DNA from: Octopus sinensis
Taxonomy: Eukaryota
Length of the DNA: 64,000 nucleotides
Reading direction: 5' to 3'
Assembly (NCBI RefSeq): GCF_006345805.1
Contig: NC_043020.1
Span: forward strand, 22,010,001 to 22,074,000
The notes below the pieces were generated by a model. It ran no database searches, was not told the origin of the DNA, and saw only the letters and a list, made by a program, of their open reading frames with translations. This document shows positions 10,895 through 25,278 of the stretch, in pieces. The position numbers and the translations under genes are program-made. Positions within the stretch are counted from its first letter, which is position 1. Each line of letters starts with the position of its first letter.

Positions 10895-13800
10895 ATTTTC
10901 ACACACGGCGGAACGCAAATCGCGTGTGTAGTAAGTTATTACAATTTTCCTTAGTGTATATTTTCTACGTTATAATTTTCTGTGTGTCTAATTGTCTTTG
11001 TTTATTGCTGTACAACTGTTGAAGTCAGCCTTCGTGCGAGGACTTCGTGGTGGTGTTCCCCCCTCCGTGGGGGAAAAATATCATTTATCTTGGATTTACC
11101 AAGGGCTTGTTAAGCCAGTTGTTCGAGATGGAATCCCCCATCTCATATTCTCCCGTGACTAGTGAAGAAGAATCTCAGGCGGTGTCGCCAAAGAAAAAAG
11201 AGGCGGTGGTGCCAAAGAAAAAGGAAACCCCTGCACCAGCACCAGCACCAGCGAAAAAATTCTCAGAAGTAGCTGGTAAGAAAATCAAAAAAATAAACGT
11301 CGAAGACTTGAAAAAATATGCGGACTGTGTTACAAAAGAGGGCACGGAAGTGACAGTGGTCTCAAACGCCCAAAAACATGAAGAAATCGAAAAAAGAAGA
11401 ATAATCTATAAGACCTTTAATACGACAAGCAAAATGATACAAAAAATTGAGGAAAAAAAATCGAGAATTGTTTAAAACCATTAATGGACAAGATCACATA
11501 CATCAACAGAGGAAAGAGATACGGCACAGTAGAGGTGCGTTTCACAACAGAGGAGATAGCAAAGAAACTGTCGATGGAGCCAATAAAAGCGGAGAACATT
11601 GTTCTCCTCCCCTTGTATAGAAGAAAAAGAACATCGAAAATCACGATGAATAACATTCCGCCAGAGGCAGATGCCGAATGTCTGGCCGTTAAGGTATCAA
11701 ACAACAGACTCGGGAACGTGTTGGCAGCTATGGCCAAAGTGGAAAAAATAGGAAAAAAGAATGACTATATAGTTTACAGAATAGGCCGGAAAGATTATGG
11801 GCGGATAAAGTCCGAATTCTTTCATGACGTAGGCCCGCTCAGAATGGATTTAACATCTCCATATATATTCGAGGGCCTACGTCAGACTCCCCCACGAGGC
11901 CCAGAAAAAGAGATAAACAAAGAAGAAAAAGAAAAAACCGAACCACTGATATAAAGGTAAGTAATGGATTACATTTATGTTGGTTGTTTGAATGTGCGCG
12001 GCCTGGGAGCAGGCTGGAAGCAAGGTCGCTTCCTGCATGATATCAGGTCGCGTAATTTAGATGTTATTGTTGCTACAGAAACCCGGTTAGAGGGGCCAAG
12101 AGGTCTACTCCCGCTGTTTGACGGCTACGAGAGTTTTTTCTCTCCTGGCAGTCCTACTGGCGGAAGTGGGGTGTTGGTCCTAATAAAAAGAAACCGGGTT
12201 TCTGAGAAAAAGTTAATTTTTGCAGATCCAGAAGGTAGGCTGGTCGTCATGGATTTGACGTTCAGTAACGGTAAAGTTATCAGACTGGTTGCAATTTACG
12301 CACCCAACAGTACAGGGCAAAGTGATTATTTTCGTGAACTAGAAAACTTTCTTGGTACTTCGCATTCATTAGTTGTGCTAGGAGACTTTAACACAATTTG
12401 CAAAGCGGATGTAGATTGTGTTGGCTCGCGTTCAGATAGAAAAGGTAACAGTGGCTTCATGGAACTGCTAAGCCGCTTTGAGCTAGCAGATCCTTATAGG
12501 CTGGAATTTCCGAATGCTCCATTGTGGACATGGTCAAACAGCGACGGATCTTCCAGGTCATATTTAGATAGAATACTAATTAGAAAAGTAGACAGAAAAA
12601 TAGCTAAGTGTCCACAGTTTTACCCGATCAGCTACAGTGATCATAAAATGGTCACCTGTAAGCTTGACATAGATAAGGTTAAAAATAGAGGATCCGGTTA
12701 CTGGAAACTTAATACGTCCCTTTTGGCGATTAAGGAGTACAAAGACCGGATTAGGAATATAATTCAGAGGGCACTATCTAGTACCATCATTAATAACAAA
12801 TGGTGGTACGCCCTCAAACGAGCCATCAAGTTCGAGTCAATTAGATATAGCATAGGAGTAGTGGCTAGAGAGGCTAGAAGGGAAACTACTCTAGTTAAGG
12901 AATTAGAGGAAGCCTTGAAAACTGGCTCTGCGGCTCAGGTGGCGTCCAAGAGATTGGTGTTAAACCAGCACCTCGAGGCCAAACACATGGGCTGCATTGT
13001 CAGGGCTAGGATCCGCCATATGGGTTGTGAAGGAATCAACGCCGTGAGATGGGCCCGAGTGGTGGAAGCTCAGCATGGTAACGATGCCACGATTCGATCT
13101 TTGACGAACCAACAAGGTGAGTTGATAAACGAGCCCGAGGAGATGTGTGAGGCCTTTCAGGAGCACTTCGCTCAGCTTTTCGGTGAGTGCGGCTGACTGG
13201 ATAGGAGGAGGGCCTTTACGGACCTACTCGACGGGCTGCCGCGCTTATCGGGGCGAGATGCGGAGGGCTGTGAAGGGCCAATCACGCCTGAGGAGGTGGT
13301 TGAGGCAATGGCGGACTGCGGCGCGGGCAAGGTGCCGGGTTTGGATGGTCTACCCTATGAGTTATATAAGAGTATGCCAGACTTGTTCGGGTACCTACTG
13401 GCGGAGGTCTATGCGAACTGGCAGCAGAACGGGCTTATACCCAGATCTGTGCGCCGGGGAGTAGTGACACTCGTCAGAAAGGACCCGAACAAGGGGGAGT
13501 ACATTGATAATTTCAGGCCCATCACTCTGCTAAACACAGAGTTGAAGATTTTGGCCAAAGTGTTATCGAATAGATTGGCGCGTGTCGCGGATGGTCTGAT
13601 CGGGGAGGCACAGACGTGTGCCGTTCCTGGCAGAACCATTCAGGATAATCTCCATCTTATGCGGTACACTATAGAGTGGTTTAATAGTGATTCTGGCAAG
13701 GGTGGGGCACTGGTCCATTTAGACCAATCTAAAGCATTTGATAGGGTCGACCATCGTTACCTGGTATCTGCCCTGGCACAGTTCGGGCTGAGCCTTGGCT

Positions 13801-15395
13801 TCCTCAGGTGGATTATCCAAATTTACGATAACATCGACTCGGTAGTTCGGGTGAACGGCTTCTTGTCGAAGCCGTTCAAAATCAAGCGCTCGGTTCGTCA
13901 AGGGTGTCCGCTCTCCCCGCTTTTGTATGTGATGGCTCTTGAGCCATTACTGCGAAAACTGAGCGGCATCCCGAGACAGCCAGGTAGTAGAAAATCGGTG
14001 TCAGCGTACGCGGATGACATCACCATCATCGTAACCGAAATGGACCACCTACGTAAAGTAGGCAAGGCCATAGAGGTTTACGAGACAGTGACAGGAGCAA
14101 AAGTTAATCGCGAAAAGTCAGTCGGCTTGCAACTCGGCACCTGGAGAGGCAAGTCGATGCCTCCTAACAGCGTCGTGAGACGTTGGACGGAGGGTCCGAT
14201 TAAATTGCTAGGGGTCTGGTTCGGTCCAGACCTCCAAATAGAGAAGAATTGGGACGAGGTATCGAGCAGGGTGGCTGCAGTAACCAAGACCTGGTCTTGG
14301 CGGTGGCTATCCCTGAAAGGGAGGGCGGAGGTGGCCAATGTGTTTATCGCATCGGTTATCACCTACCGCCTTTCCGTCGTTCCTTGCCCTGATTCGTGGT
14401 TGATCAAGTTGGAAAGACAGCTCTTCTACTTCTTGTGGAAGGGCGGGTAGATCGAAACTTGGCACTTGGTACACGGAGTGTCGCAAGGCTCTCCTGCTAT
14501 TCCGTCGCTCGGGCAACGCCTGCGGTGGGGGTTCCACCACATTCTTCTATAGAGGGTTGGTAGAGGCGGAATGTGAAGATACCTTGGGGGAAACCCTAGG
14601 TCTCGACGATAACCAGCTGGCCAGTCTGTTCCGACGTACGTTCAAGCCGAAGACACTGGACAACTTCCAGAAGTCTCTGGCATGGCAATGCTACAGAGGA
14701 GCTCTACCTGTTCGGGATAAACTCGCAAGGCACGGTGGCCAAGACAGTCCGATATGTCCAAGATGCGGGCGGGATAGGGAAACCGTCCCGCACGCTATTG
14801 TTCATTGTCCGGACGTGTCTGAGGTGTGGGTTTATGCCGAACAGCTGTTGTCAAGTACACGAAGAGTACAGCTGTCGACTGAGTCGATTACAAAAATTGA
14901 CCCACCGGATTTCCTCGCGAATGAAGGTAAGTTTCGTATTCTCGTTGTAGTAGCAATTGCGAAAGAGGTGATATGGAAGACGAGAATGAAAGGTTTACAG
15001 TCAGGCAAGTTCATCTCCGGCCCTGGTTTGATGAATTATTTCATCTTTCACCTGAAAAGGAAGATAGGGCTGGAGAGAATATGCCTGAGTGTATGAAGAA
15101 CGATGGAAAGATGTAGCACGAAAGTTGCGAGTGAATGATACAACATAAATGTAAAACCAAACGAAACCAAAAGTATCAGTGGGGAGGCGGGGCTCGTGGG
15201 GTCCGAGCTAAACCCGCTCCCACTCCACCCGTAATGTCTTCCGGTCTGTTCCAACATTCGATTTCTGTCTATTTTTGTAATTTCCTGTAAATTTTTAAAA
15301 TTCGCTTTGTTGTAAAACCCATTCGTGTGTCTGACCCCATCATCAGATTGTATTGTCCCATCTATGTTCGCCCCTTGTGGGTAATAATAAAACAA
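10895..15395 (+). mobile_element. Tx1-like (L1 group) non-LTR retrotransposon, degenerate
   Basis: ORF1 pieces 11128-11954; ORF2 endonuclease (CLNVRGL, ATETRL, AIYAPN, GDFN, SYLDRI, SDH, YWKLN), RT (PGLDGLPYE, FRPITLLN, DQSKAFDRV, RQGCPLSP, YADD) and C-terminal CPRC..ETVPHAIVHC; 3' end CCCCTTGTGGGTAATAATAAA. Internal deletion at about 14447 relative to the 42-47 kb copy. 5' boundary approximate. Confidence 0.92.
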
Positions 15396-15396
15396 C

Positions 15397-15700
15397 ATGG
15401 AGGAAAGCACCTTCGAAAAGTGTCTTGGTGCGACTATGAAAGATATCTAATCAGAGGCGGTAAATTCGCCACAATAGAAGCAAGGTTCGAGTCAACGGAG
15501 CGTGCAAGGGAGTACTCGACTCGAACTTGCAAAGTGGAAATATTTTATTTTTACCTTTATATCTGGGGCGTAGGACGTCCCGGATAAAAATTTTAAATGC
15601 CCCCCCCCCCCCCGAAGTAGAGGTAGGCTGGATTGTAGCCACACTTCTATACAAAAGGGAGGACAAGATACAATTGATCGAAATTACAAGAGACGAGCTA
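15397..15700 (+). pseudogene. ORF1 fragment of another Tx1-like element
   Basis: YLIRGGKFATIEARF and LFLPLYLGRRTSRIKILNAPP..GWIVATLLY resemble ORF1 at 11484 (YINRGKRYGTVEVRF..LLPLYRRKRTSKITMNNIPP) and at about 43200 (SWLVAAVLY). Confidence 0.7.
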
Positions 15701-15814
15701 ACAATTCCAGTCTGTTATATATTTTGAGTATTGTTATCACTAGCGATATCAAGATATAACTTTGTATTTTGCATTTTATGTGTTGATGTATATATATAGA
15801 TGTACATGTAATAT

Positions 15815-15891
<77 letters not shown>

Positions 15892-15896
15892 CATGC

Positions 15897-15935
15897 ACTA
15901 GCACTATGACCCGGCAACGACGGGTCTTTAATGCC
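15897..15935 (-). mobile_element. Isolated Helitron 3' terminus
   Basis: Hairpin GACCCG..CGGGTC a few nt from CTAG; resembles the termini at 28747 and 31215. Confidence 0.5.
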
Positions 15936-15957
15936 AGTTCTCAAATATACATAGGGT

Positions 15958-16243
15958 AAAGATGCCCCCATCCCCTTCGGTCACGAATGATCATGGGGGT
16001 GCATCAAGAAAGTTCCCCTCTGAGGTACATACCGGGCAAGGTTGTTTTATGGAAGACCAGTAGCCACCCATGCATACCAGTCTTCCCTCCCCAACGCCAC
16101 TGATGTCATCCAAGGGAAAGGCAAAGGAGACGTTACAGCTTGGCACCAGTGACGTCGCAACTAATTTCTACAGCTCGGTTCGGGAATCGAACTCACTATC
16201 TCATGATTGTGAGCCCGATGCTCTAACCACTGAACCATGCACC
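15958..16243 (-). mobile_element. tRNA-derived SINE
   Basis: Minus strand GGTGCATGGTTCAGTGGTTAGAGC...GAGTTCGATTCCC (A box and B box) followed by a non-tRNA body. Confidence 0.75.
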
Positions 16244-16399
16244 TTCAAATATACATACAAAACATATAAACGCATAATACACACTCAAAAAATACATAAA
16301 CATAAGCCAAAAAAAAAGAAAAATTGTTACGGAAATTGATGAAAAAATACTTTCACTTTTCATATACTCTCCCCTAAAGATAACCATTATTTAAGTATT

Positions 16400-16690
16400 G
16401 CTGTTTGTTTCTTCTCGACCCATGCCTGACTCACAAGGGCCGGTTCCCTCGGTTTCATTGGCGTACAGGTTCCCCACTTGGATGGGACGCCGGTCCATTT
16501 CAGGTGAGCTGCACAATGCAGGAGGAAAGAGTGAGAGAAAGTTGTGGCGAAAGCGTCACCAGAAGTTCGCCATTTCCTTCTGCCGGAGTCGCTTAGAGCT
16601 TAGGTGTTTCGCTCATAAACACACACATCACCCGGACTGAGATTCGAACCCGCAAGTCCACTGCTCTAATCACTAGGCCATGCGCCTCCA
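16400..16690 (-). mobile_element. tRNA-derived SINE with V/Meta-type central domain
   Basis: Minus strand GGAGGCGCATGGCCTAGTGATTAGAGC..GGTTCGAATC head and ATGGACCGGCGTCCCATCCAAG..GAAACCG central motif; related copy at 61620-61850. Confidence 0.7.
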
Positions 16691-16692
16691 CA

Positions 16693-16889
16693 TTCTTTTA
16701 TTCTCTTACTTAAGTTGTTTGACTGCGGCCATACTAGAGCACCGCCTTTAGTCAAACAAATCGACCCCAGGATTTTTTCTTTGTAAGCCTAGCACTTATT
16801 CTATCAGTCTCTTTTTGCCGAACCGCTATGTTAAGGGGACATAAACACATCAGCATCGGTTGTCAAGCGATGTCGGGACGCACACACAC

Positions 16890-16948
<59 letters not shown>

Positions 16949-17118
16949 CACACATACATACATACTTCTTTCAGTTTCCGTCTACCAAATTTACTCACAA
17001 GGCTCTGGTCGGCCCGAGGCAATAGTAGAAGACACTTGCCCAAGATGCCACGCAGTGGGACTGAACCCAGAACCATGTGGTTGGTAAGCAAGCTACTTAC
17101 CACACAGCCACTCCTGCG
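16693..17118 (-). mobile_element. tRNA-derived CORE-like SINE with internal microsatellite and CR1-like tail
   Basis: Minus strand GGAGTGGCTGTGTGGTAAG..GGTTCAGTCCC head, CTTGGGCAAGTG CORE-like motif, tail CTCTAGTATGGCCGCAGTCAAAA; further copies at 17324-18073, 59499-59865 and 61040-61362. Confidence 0.85.
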
Positions 17119-17257
17119 TCACATTATTTAAGTATGTGAGATATAAAATATTTCAAGATGAATCTGGTATTAATTACAATAAATTACTGGTGTCTTAAAC
17201 GTGGTAAGCTCACAGAATTGTTAGGAACGTCGGGGAGAAAGAACTTCGATGTATTTC

Positions 17258-18580
<1,323 letters not shown>

Positions 18581-19099
18581 AAGTTTTCTGTCTGATAAAA
18601 TAATGCAAAAATAAACGGTCGAACTGACGTAAACAATTTAAAAAAGAAACCTCTTCTTGCCGACAGACTTTCTAGCTTCAAGCCTTCACATACTTCATCT
18701 CTATTCTAGAAATATCTCAGCAGCAGCCCATAAAACCATCCATCTTCCACTTGGTTTCCCCTCTACCTGCCCTCGGCTTAAGAACTTTCATTTCCCGTCC
18801 AAGAACATCAACCAGCCACTCGGACGACCCCATCAAATTTGATACCCAGAGGATAACAACGCACAACACTTGCTCCCACAATAATTTCCATCTCCACCTA
18901 CATATCCAGATCTATATCCCAGACATTCAAGCGTAGCTTGAGGAGGAGGGGGGGAGTCCGCACCGGGCAACCCTTTTATGGGGGCAGCACCACTTTTGGG
19001 TCTGCTGTATGGGCTGTATTGAAATCAATAATGGTTTTAATGTTGGAACACGGACACTACTCACCGTTCAATGCAACAATCGATATAGCCACTGTGCAA

Positions 19100-19305
19100 T
19101 ATGTATTTTTGTGGGGGTCGGTCACTAGCGTAGCTGGAGTAGGGGTGGTCCACTCGGAGTGGCATTTTTCATCCTGTTGTAGGCTATTGCTGTAAGCATT
19201 ATGTATTTTTGTGGGAGCTCGGTCACTAGTGTAGCTGGGGTAGCGGCGGTCCACTCCGGGTGACACTTTTCATCCTGTTGTAGGAAATATGTGTTTTTTG
19301 TGGGG
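19100..19305 (+). repeat. Tandem duplication of about 100 bp
   Basis: ATGTATTTTTGTGGG..CGGTCACTAG.GTAGCTGG.GTAG..GGTCCACTC..TTTTCATCCTGTTGTAGG occurs twice. Confidence 0.75.
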
Positions 19306-19416
19306 TCTGGAGGAGGCAAACGGAAGGGCTGCCCTGGGCGACACACACTCTAGTTACGCTAGTGGGTTCGGGGGAGGAAAACTGAAGGACCACCCCGGGC
19401 AGCACATACTCTAGCT

Positions 19417-22140
19417 CAGTGGTTCCCAAATTATGAGTCGCGACCCACAGATGGGTCGCAAAAAGTTATAAAATTACGCATTAGCTTTGATTAACTGCTG
19501 TGTATCGAGATAGTTCAAGACTTATGTTTTCAATACCAGACTTGTTTTATCAAGCACTAGGCTTTTTCACGAACTTAACAAATCAGAGGTTGTCATTTTC
19601 TCAAGTTATTTATTCGTACGTAATCGTAAAAAGGAAAGGTCTGTTTTTTACCTATTTATAGAGAATTTTAACTAGGCGAAGTATAACACTGATCGAGCCG
19701 ATAACAGTTACTACTTCAAGGTTTTGTATTAGTGTTAGTATTTACACATAGGGTATAGAGACGTTGAAACAGTTATAAAACGTTTTGTTTCACATTTAAT
19801 ATAAATAGCAAAAAAATTAGATAAATAAGACATTATGGGTTTCACTAGCAAGTTTATAAATTATTAAAAAAGTATAGGAGTGATCACCAGGTGGCTATCA
19901 ATTAGCCAATGAAATGATTGGAATAGACAGCATCTAGACGGTAGATAGATCAATAGAGTCTATCAGATAAACGGTTTAAATAGCATCACATTGATTGAAA
20001 TGACGTTTATCATTAATTGCAGAAGTTTGCATGATCCCAAACGTTGTATTTTAATTCTGTCAAATCTCTCGGTAAGTCGAAATTATCTGTCCTTCTAAAT
20101 TCGATTTTTTCATATTTACTCAGTCCTTCATTTTATGGATAAATGGTTAAAAAAAGTCAGTTGAAGCTGATGACGATGAGTCTTCAGTGAATCGAAACGA
20201 AGAAAAGACCAATCAATCAAAACTAAGCCAGGCAAAGCGAAGCAAAGAATTAAGGAAGTATGATTACGAGTGGGATTTACATGGAATGGAGTTGAAGAAG
20301 ATCCACGACCACGATGCATCATTTGTTATGAACAACTTTCAAACGAGAGCATGCGTCCAAACAAATTGCATCGTCATCTTGAGACTAAGCACTCCGAGTT
20401 AAAAGACAAGCCTCTCGATTTTTTGAGCGAATGTTAACCAAGTTAAAGATATGACAGAGCGTTATGCAACATTACACCAAAGCAAATGAAAAATCTTTGT
20501 ATGTGTCTTACTTGATCAGTTTAAGAATCGCAAAAACTGGTAAGCCGATTGGGGAGACTTTAGTTCTTCCAGCTATAAAAGATACAGTTAAAGTTTTCTT
20601 TGGTGATAAGAGTGATAAGAGTGAACAAGAAATTGAATCAATTCTTATTTCTAATAACACAGTCACGCGTAGAATCGATGAAATGTCTCAATGGGTAGAA
20701 AATCAAGTTATTGAACGGATTCGTGGAAGTCCTTTTTTTTTCTTTACAACTCGATGAATCTACTGACGTACAAGGTTTGAGCCAGCTACTTGTTTTTGTA
20801 CGTTACATATGGAACTTTGTACCTCATGAAGATATGTTGTTCTGTGAACCTGTCAATCGAAGTACCAGCGATGAAATTTTTAATACAGTTGATACTTATA
20901 TTAGAGCAAAAAATCTTGATTGGCAGAAATGTGTCGGAATATGTACAGACGGCGCACGGGCTATGTGCGGTAGAAATAGTGGTGTGGTGACCAGAATACT
21001 TGAACTTAATCCCAAAGCATCATGGACTGTAACTTTCACAGGGCAGCGTTAGTATCAAAACATATATCTGATCATTTTGAAAATGTTTTGAATACTTCAG
21101 GCAAAATAGTGAACTTTATTAAGTCAAAGCCTTTGCAATCGCGCCTATTTGAGAAGTCGTGCGAAGAGATGGGAAGCGATCATAAATCACTTCTTTTGCA
21201 CACAGAAATACGATGGCTCTCTAAGGGAAAAGTGTTAACAAGACTTGCAGAACTCCGCGAAGAAGTAGCTATATTTTTAGAAGATAAAAGTGATTTTGCG
21301 AAATATTTGCGCGACGAAGAATTTGTTCTGAGACTTACGTATTTCGCAGATATTTTTTCGAAATTAAACGACCTGAATTTGTATTTACAAGGAACAGAAG
21401 TTATCAGTATATTTGCAATTCATGAGAAAATTCGAGGTTTTATGAAAAAACTTTGTCTTGTGGAAAAATCGTATTAACAACCGAAATTATGACTGTTTTG
21501 AAACATTTGAAACTTTTGTAATGGAGAATAAAGCAAAAGTTGATGACGGTATAATCATTGAGATATCTGAACACTTGAATAAGTTAAATGAAAGTTTTGA
21601 ATTTTATTTTCATAAAGAGATGAATACTATGCAACAGAAAAGATGGATTATGAACCCCTTTCAGCCTGACATGACGACTGGAATATCAACAAAACCGATG
21701 AGGAACTTATCGATTTATCCGAAGACTCTTCCTTGAAAATGACTTTTAACACCCGAAAATTGGTACAGTTCTGGGCGTCTCTTCAAACCTCGTACCCAAT
21801 CATTTCCACCGAAGCATTAAAAGTACTTCTCCCTTTCACGTCATCTTATATTTGTGAAGCTGGATTTTCAGCAATGGTTGGGATTAAAAGCAAATATCGA
21901 AATAAACTGCAGCTCTCAAATTCTTTACTCCTGAAACTATCACGCATTGAACCCGATGTTAATTCTATTATTGAGCGTAGCAAGAAACAGGCTCATCCTT
22001 CTCACACGCCTCACTGAAGATGTAATCTGAAATAAATTTGTTAATTTCATTAATGTTTTTACTCAGTAGAGTTAAGTGGGTCGTCATAAACTGGTGTGAT
22101 AAATAGTGGGTCGCGACTCTTAAAAGTTTGGGAACCACTG
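19417..22140 (+). mobile_element. hAT transposon, Buster/Charlie family, full length with degenerate transposase
   Basis: TIR CAGTGGTTCCCAAA / TTTGGGAACCACTG, perfect 8-bp TSD CTCTAGCT (central TA) at 19409-19416 and 22141-22148, subterminal GGGTCGC motifs. Confidence 0.95.
20135..22017 (+). pseudogene. Buster/ZBED5-SCAND3-like hAT transposase, multiply frameshifted
   Basis: BED finger remnant (RCIICYE.LSNESMRPNKLHRHLETKH), SLQLDESTD, CTDGA.AM.G, LLHTEIRWLSKGKVL, LLPFTSSYICEAGFS. Confidence 0.92.
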
Positions 22141-24486
22141 CTCTAGCTACACCATTGCCAAGTAGTCCCCACCGACCCCAGGCTAATCCATTTCTTTCCT
22201 TCTATCTCACACCCCCACCTCACGTCTCCTATTCAGAGTGAAACACCGGCGGCATATAAACAGACCAGCCACCCACTTTATCGTAAAAGCAATTCCCACC
22301 TCACTGTTGGTTCCGTGCAGACGGCATGTGTTGACCTCCAAACGGTCACCAACTTGAGGCAACTGAAAACTACACCGAATTAACACGTGCAACATTCTAT
22401 CTAGTAAGGAGCTGGTATTGTAGGAAAGAGCTATTGATGTCCCCCAATACATATTAAGACTCGAGTTATAAACCAGGGGTCGCGATCCAGGACCTTTTGG
22501 GGGGCTATTGCCCACCAATTTTTCTTTTTTAAATACTATATGAGGTGGGAATCGAAATTCATAACAAATGGATCCATTTTTATGTGTTCTTTGTTGTAGC
22601 AGAGCATATGAAAGGGTAATGGTTTGAAACTGCTGGAAAAAAAATAATTTTATTATATTTAGTGTCGGCTCGGGTAGAAAGTGTGTTGCCGGGGCAACTA
22701 GGGCAACACCCCTGTATCCGCCACTGTAAACTGCCATGAATGATGTAATATGGGAACGAAATAGCATTGAATTGTAGCAGACGATACAGAAGGAGATATT
22801 TGTACTCTGAGCGTATGTGTAAACTGTAAATTACTGCTAACTCATATTGCTTTCAAATTTTGGAACAAGACCAGCAATTTCGGGGAGGGAGGCGGTCGAT
22901 TACATCGACCCCAGTATGCAAAGCATGAGGTATTATATGCCTCGATCGTGCAGGAACAAAAGTGTGGCATGCTGGCGCGTTGTGAAGGAGAAACAACTTT
23001 CTGTGTGTATGCGTGACCGACCTAGGGTCTTACAGAGATGAGTTGTGTCTACAAGGGCACATTGAGCATGTAAAACAAGCGAGAAAGGCATGTGTGGTGC
23101 ATGAATGTGACAGACATAGCATTTGTGTGTGTACGAACCATTTGATCAGATGCGTGCATAAGGCCAGGCGTTGAGGAAAGGTGCATGCGTGTGTATGCCA
23201 CAATACAAACATTTTCAAAGTGAATGTGCAGTGCAAACAGAACAATAAAAAAGCGAAAATAACAAACTTATCTGAAAATAGTGTCCTTTGTTAAAAGTCT
23301 ACAGCTGAAAGTGAAAAGAAGATGTGCATGCAAATAAAAAAGAGTTGCTGAAAGTCTATGTGAGAGTCTTGTGTACGTGCAAAAGTTCATAGACAATGCA
23401 GGGTGTGTACGTCGGGACGAGAGGAAAAGCGTGTGCGTGCCGAAAAGGTTGCATGTGCTGGCTTCCGTAATTTCTTCCAGTTAGTTTCTGGGTATGAAGC
23501 TGTTGAAATGATGCGCTTATAGGCGTTCATGGTCGGCGAAAATCTTGTGCAGTGTTGCATTGTGAAGTACATCGTAGATTGCATTGCAGTATAGTGCTCT
23601 CTGTAGCAGGTCGATAGAGGGTGCATCTTGGTGGAGACGAAGGTTGTCATTATTTTTCCTTTCGTTTAGCGACTGTAGATATTCTATAGTTCAAAGTTAG
23701 CGAAAATGCAGCGGCATGCAGCATTAGCAGGTAGTTCTCTTTACACGGGTTCACCAAGTTGTAAGCGATGAAGTTTAATTTCTGTAGCTTGTTATGGTGC
23801 AAATTTGGGGTTGCCAGTTAGTAACGGTTGGTTCTTAATTTGGTGCACAAGATTATGATGAAATGTTGGAGTCAGCAGTTGTAACGATATGTTGTAATAT
23901 GTTGACGGCAAGTTGTAATATGTGTAAGATAGACAATGCATGAAGTTTAAGGAAATATTTATTTACCGTTACGTTACAATACGTTGTGGTGCACCTAAGC
24001 ACTGTATACAATAATTTCTGCCTCGACGGGCTGGTTGATAAATCCAAAAGCACGCGAAAGTTAAGTTTGCTGCGGTAGAATGTTTCTTTACATAGTTTAA
24101 TAGTTATTATGGAGACAGATAGATTGATGTTTTAAGGGAAGAATTAGAGCTAGAGCGAATATTAGGATGCGGAACGTTGTCTCACAGATGCTGGCAGTAA
24201 ACTTCTTTTCTCCCTTTTCTCCAATGTTCTAGCTGGTCAGCCAGACTACGTTCTCCTTGAGTCGTCACCTGCTGGTGACTAACTGGCCGAGTCGTCACCC
24301 GGCCGGTGACTAACTGATTTTTGCTTGGGATCTGCTTGCTTATATTAAGATCTAGAATGCTTCTCGGCCTTACAGGCCAAGCTTAATATATTAAGATCTA
24401 GAAGGATAGACATATTGTTGAGAACAATAGATTTATTTGGTGGTCTTCTTATCTATTCTAGCATTCGGTGAAGTAGAAGAGGCTAG

Positions 24487-24898
24487 GGATCTTTTCGGTT
24501 TGAACGGCAGTTTTTTCTAGCGGTGTCATATGAAATTGTCACCCATAATTATGACCCTAGTATCGATCAATTGCATTTCAATCTGTTTTAGGGTTAGGGT
24601 TAGGGGTGGGAGGAAGGATGTATTTTTTTCTTCAGAAATATAAATAAACCCAATCTGTTTCTTAAACGAGGGACATATTCATACGGCACAGAATGTTTTC
24701 ACCCCAATAGACGTCATTGGTTGAAATTGCAGAAATTGAAGAAAAAAACAACAAATATCCTACAAACTATAGAATTTTCTCAATAAAGCCAAGAGAAAAA
24801 GATGTTTTATAAAAACATTCTACCAGTATATGAAGTTTAAAAGTGTTTAGTTACGTGTAAATTATTTTTAAAAACTGCCGTTCAAACCGAAAAGATCC
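24487..24898. mobile_element. Merlin-type MITE
   Basis: 29-bp TIR GGATCTTTTCGGTTTGAACGGCAGTTTTT and its inverse; 8-bp TSD GAGGCTAG/GAGGTTAG (1 mismatch). Confidence 0.85.
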
Positions 24899-25057
24899 GA
24901 GGTTAGAAAGGTGAAGATATTGTTTTGGCCTAGCTAAAAGGCATCTGGAAAATGTAAAAACTGCTGTCAGAGAAAAACCATTGTTCCGCCGTGGGAAAAG
25001 TTCTGTAGCCGTGGCTATGGTGGATCGAATCCACATCATGCATGCAAGATTCGTTAC

Positions 25058-25115
<58 letters not shown>

Positions 25116-25179
25116 CATAGTATATATGCATGGTAGCTTCTGTGCCCTTAAGTATAAGTGTATCCTCTCTCTCTCTCTT

Positions 25180-25274
<95 letters not shown>

Positions 25275-25278
<4 letters not shown>

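Noticed and set aside
15958-17118. tRNA genes suggested by A/B boxes
   Set aside because: No complete cloverleaf or acceptor stem; they continue into multi-copy SINE bodies.
20167-20202. CTGATGA...GAAAC hammerhead-like string
   Set aside because: Lies in the hAT transposase N-terminal coding region; no NUH site or stem I.
20135-22017. Domesticated ZBED5/SCAND3-like host gene
   Set aside because: Multiple frameshifts and stops, and intact TIRs with TSD mark it as a dead transposon.
18925-22727. Outer hAT-like element hosting the Buster insertion (right end TATCCGCCACTG at about 22727)
   Set aside because: Matching left TIR and TSD could not be identified.
24588-24606. (TTAGGG)n telomere-like repeats, also at 18410-18440
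   Set aside because: Only 2-3 units inside MITEs; not a telomere or fusion site.
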